A DNA stretch of 51,553 nucleotides, from positions 248,001-299,553 of the forward strand of contig JAWLHK010000004.1 in assembly GCA_041690355.1 (NCBI GenBank), read 5' to 3'. The notes beneath the pieces are model-generated. The model saw only the letters and a list, made by a program, of their open reading frames with translations, searched no databases and was not told the DNA's origin. The translations under genes and the position numbers were made by a program. Numbering within the stretch: position 1 is the stretch's first letter; every line of letters starts with the position of its first letter. Below, one piece after another: positions 50,611 through 51,553 of this stretch. This DNA comes from a bacterium (lineage in GTDB: Bacteria; J088; JAWLBW01).

Positions 50611-50639
50611 ATTCTATGCTTACCGGGTAAGCATGTCAA
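50611..50639 (-). promoter_or_regulatory. Near-consensus sigma70 promoter with embedded palindromic operator
   Basis: TTGACA-N17-TAGAAT, 6 nt before ATG 50604; perfect inverted repeat ATGCTTACC-G-GGTAAGCAT (50616-50634). Confidence 0.88.
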
Positions 50640-50881
50640 GCGTCGCATATTTTGATTGCGCCCTGTGAGGGGAAGGCCGTGGACGGCCCCTCTCCAATGC
50701 GTTGACCACGCACCGCGCCTCCTCCATCCGTACGGAGGAGAGGAGGCGAGGCACGGATCGGCAACAGCGCTATCCGTGGTGCATCATGACCCTCCGCCTT
50801 GCGAAGGCGGAGGGTCCGGGTCTGCCGCAGCGGACCCGGGGGAGGAGGTAGACAGCCCCGGGAGAGGCGGTCAACCCCGAA

Positions 50882-51553
50882 TCACTTCAGCAGCATGCGC
50901 AGCACGTAGTGCAGGATGCCGCCGTGGTTCACGTACTCGACTTCGTCGGGCGTGTCGACGCGGCAGCGCGCTTCGAAGGTGACTTCCTTGCCGTCGTCGG
51001 CGCGGGCCTTCACGGTGTAGTTCTTGCCCGGCTTGATGCCGTCGGAGAGGCCGACGATCTCGTAGGTCTCCTTGCCCGTGAGGCCCAGCGTCTCGCGGTT
51101 CTGGCCGTCGAGAAACTGCATGGGAATGATGCCCATGCCGACCAGGTTGCTGCGATGGATGCGCTCGTAGGTCTCGGCGATGACGGCGCGCACGCCCTGC
51201 AGGTACGGGCCCTTGGCCGCCCAGTCGCGCGACGATCCGCTCCCGTATTCCTTGCCGGCCAGGATGATCGTGGGGACGCCATCCTGCTTGTACTTCATGG
51301 CGGCGTCGTAGATCGTCATCTGCTCGCCCGACGGGATGTGGGCCGTGAAGCCCCCTTCGACACCGGGCACGAGCTGATTGCGCAGGCGGATGTTCGCGAA
51401 CGTGCCGCGCACCATGACCTTGTCGTTGCCGCGGCGCGCGCCGTAGGAGTTGAAGTCCTTCGCGTCGACGCCGAGCGACAGCAGGTACTTGCCGGCCGGG
51501 CTGTCCTTCTTGATGGAACCGGCCGGCGAGATGTGGTCGGTCGTGACCGAGTC
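50882..51553 (-). CDS. acnA: Aconitate hydratase A, C-terminal part (continues beyond the window)
   Basis: [64 protein letters not shown]. Confidence 0.97.
   Translation of the reverse strand, partial: DSVTTDHISPAGSIKKDSPAGKYLLSLGVDAKDFNSYGARRGNDKVMVRGTFANIRLRNQLVPGVEGGFTAHIPSGEQMTIYDAAMKYKQDGVPTIILAGKEYGSGSSRDWAAKGPYLQGVRAVIAETYERIHRSNLVGMGIIPMQFLDGQNRETLGLTGKETYEIVGLSDGIKPGKNYTVKARADDGKEVTFEARCRVDTPDEVEYVNHGGILHYVLRMLLK

Overview
High-GC bacterial chromosomal segment, probably Myxococcota or a related delta-proteobacterial lineage (inferred from a MYXO-CTERM-like tag, a poly-HAMP kinase, mvaS, nrdJ and six lipoproteins). Housekeeping content: HMG-CoA synthase, a GGDEF protein, tRNA-Ala(GGC), yceI, SDR and NmrA enzymes, class II ribonucleotide reductase with NrdR boxes, a SNF2 helicase, trpB2, an aminotransferase, a TetR regulator, a hemerythrin-domain protein and the 3' end of acnA. 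Notable items: (1) a bufferin-type RiPP set (6-Cys secreted precursor, DUF692/MNIO, DUF2063), collinear on the minus strand but split by a complete IS50/Tn5-like element and by an 8-kb opposite-strand poly-HAMP kinase/CheR/hybrid kinase cluster; (2) a two-gene, apparently leaderless and autoregulated module with a DUF6036-like nucleotidyltransferase; (3) a surface protein with an internal MYXO-CTERM-like tag fused through a T9 tract to a barrel/OmpA protein; (4) a decayed higBA locus; (5) intergenic heptamer repeats, including a 35-bp exact inverted pair 23 kb apart. All family assignments come from motif recognition by eye, not database searches.
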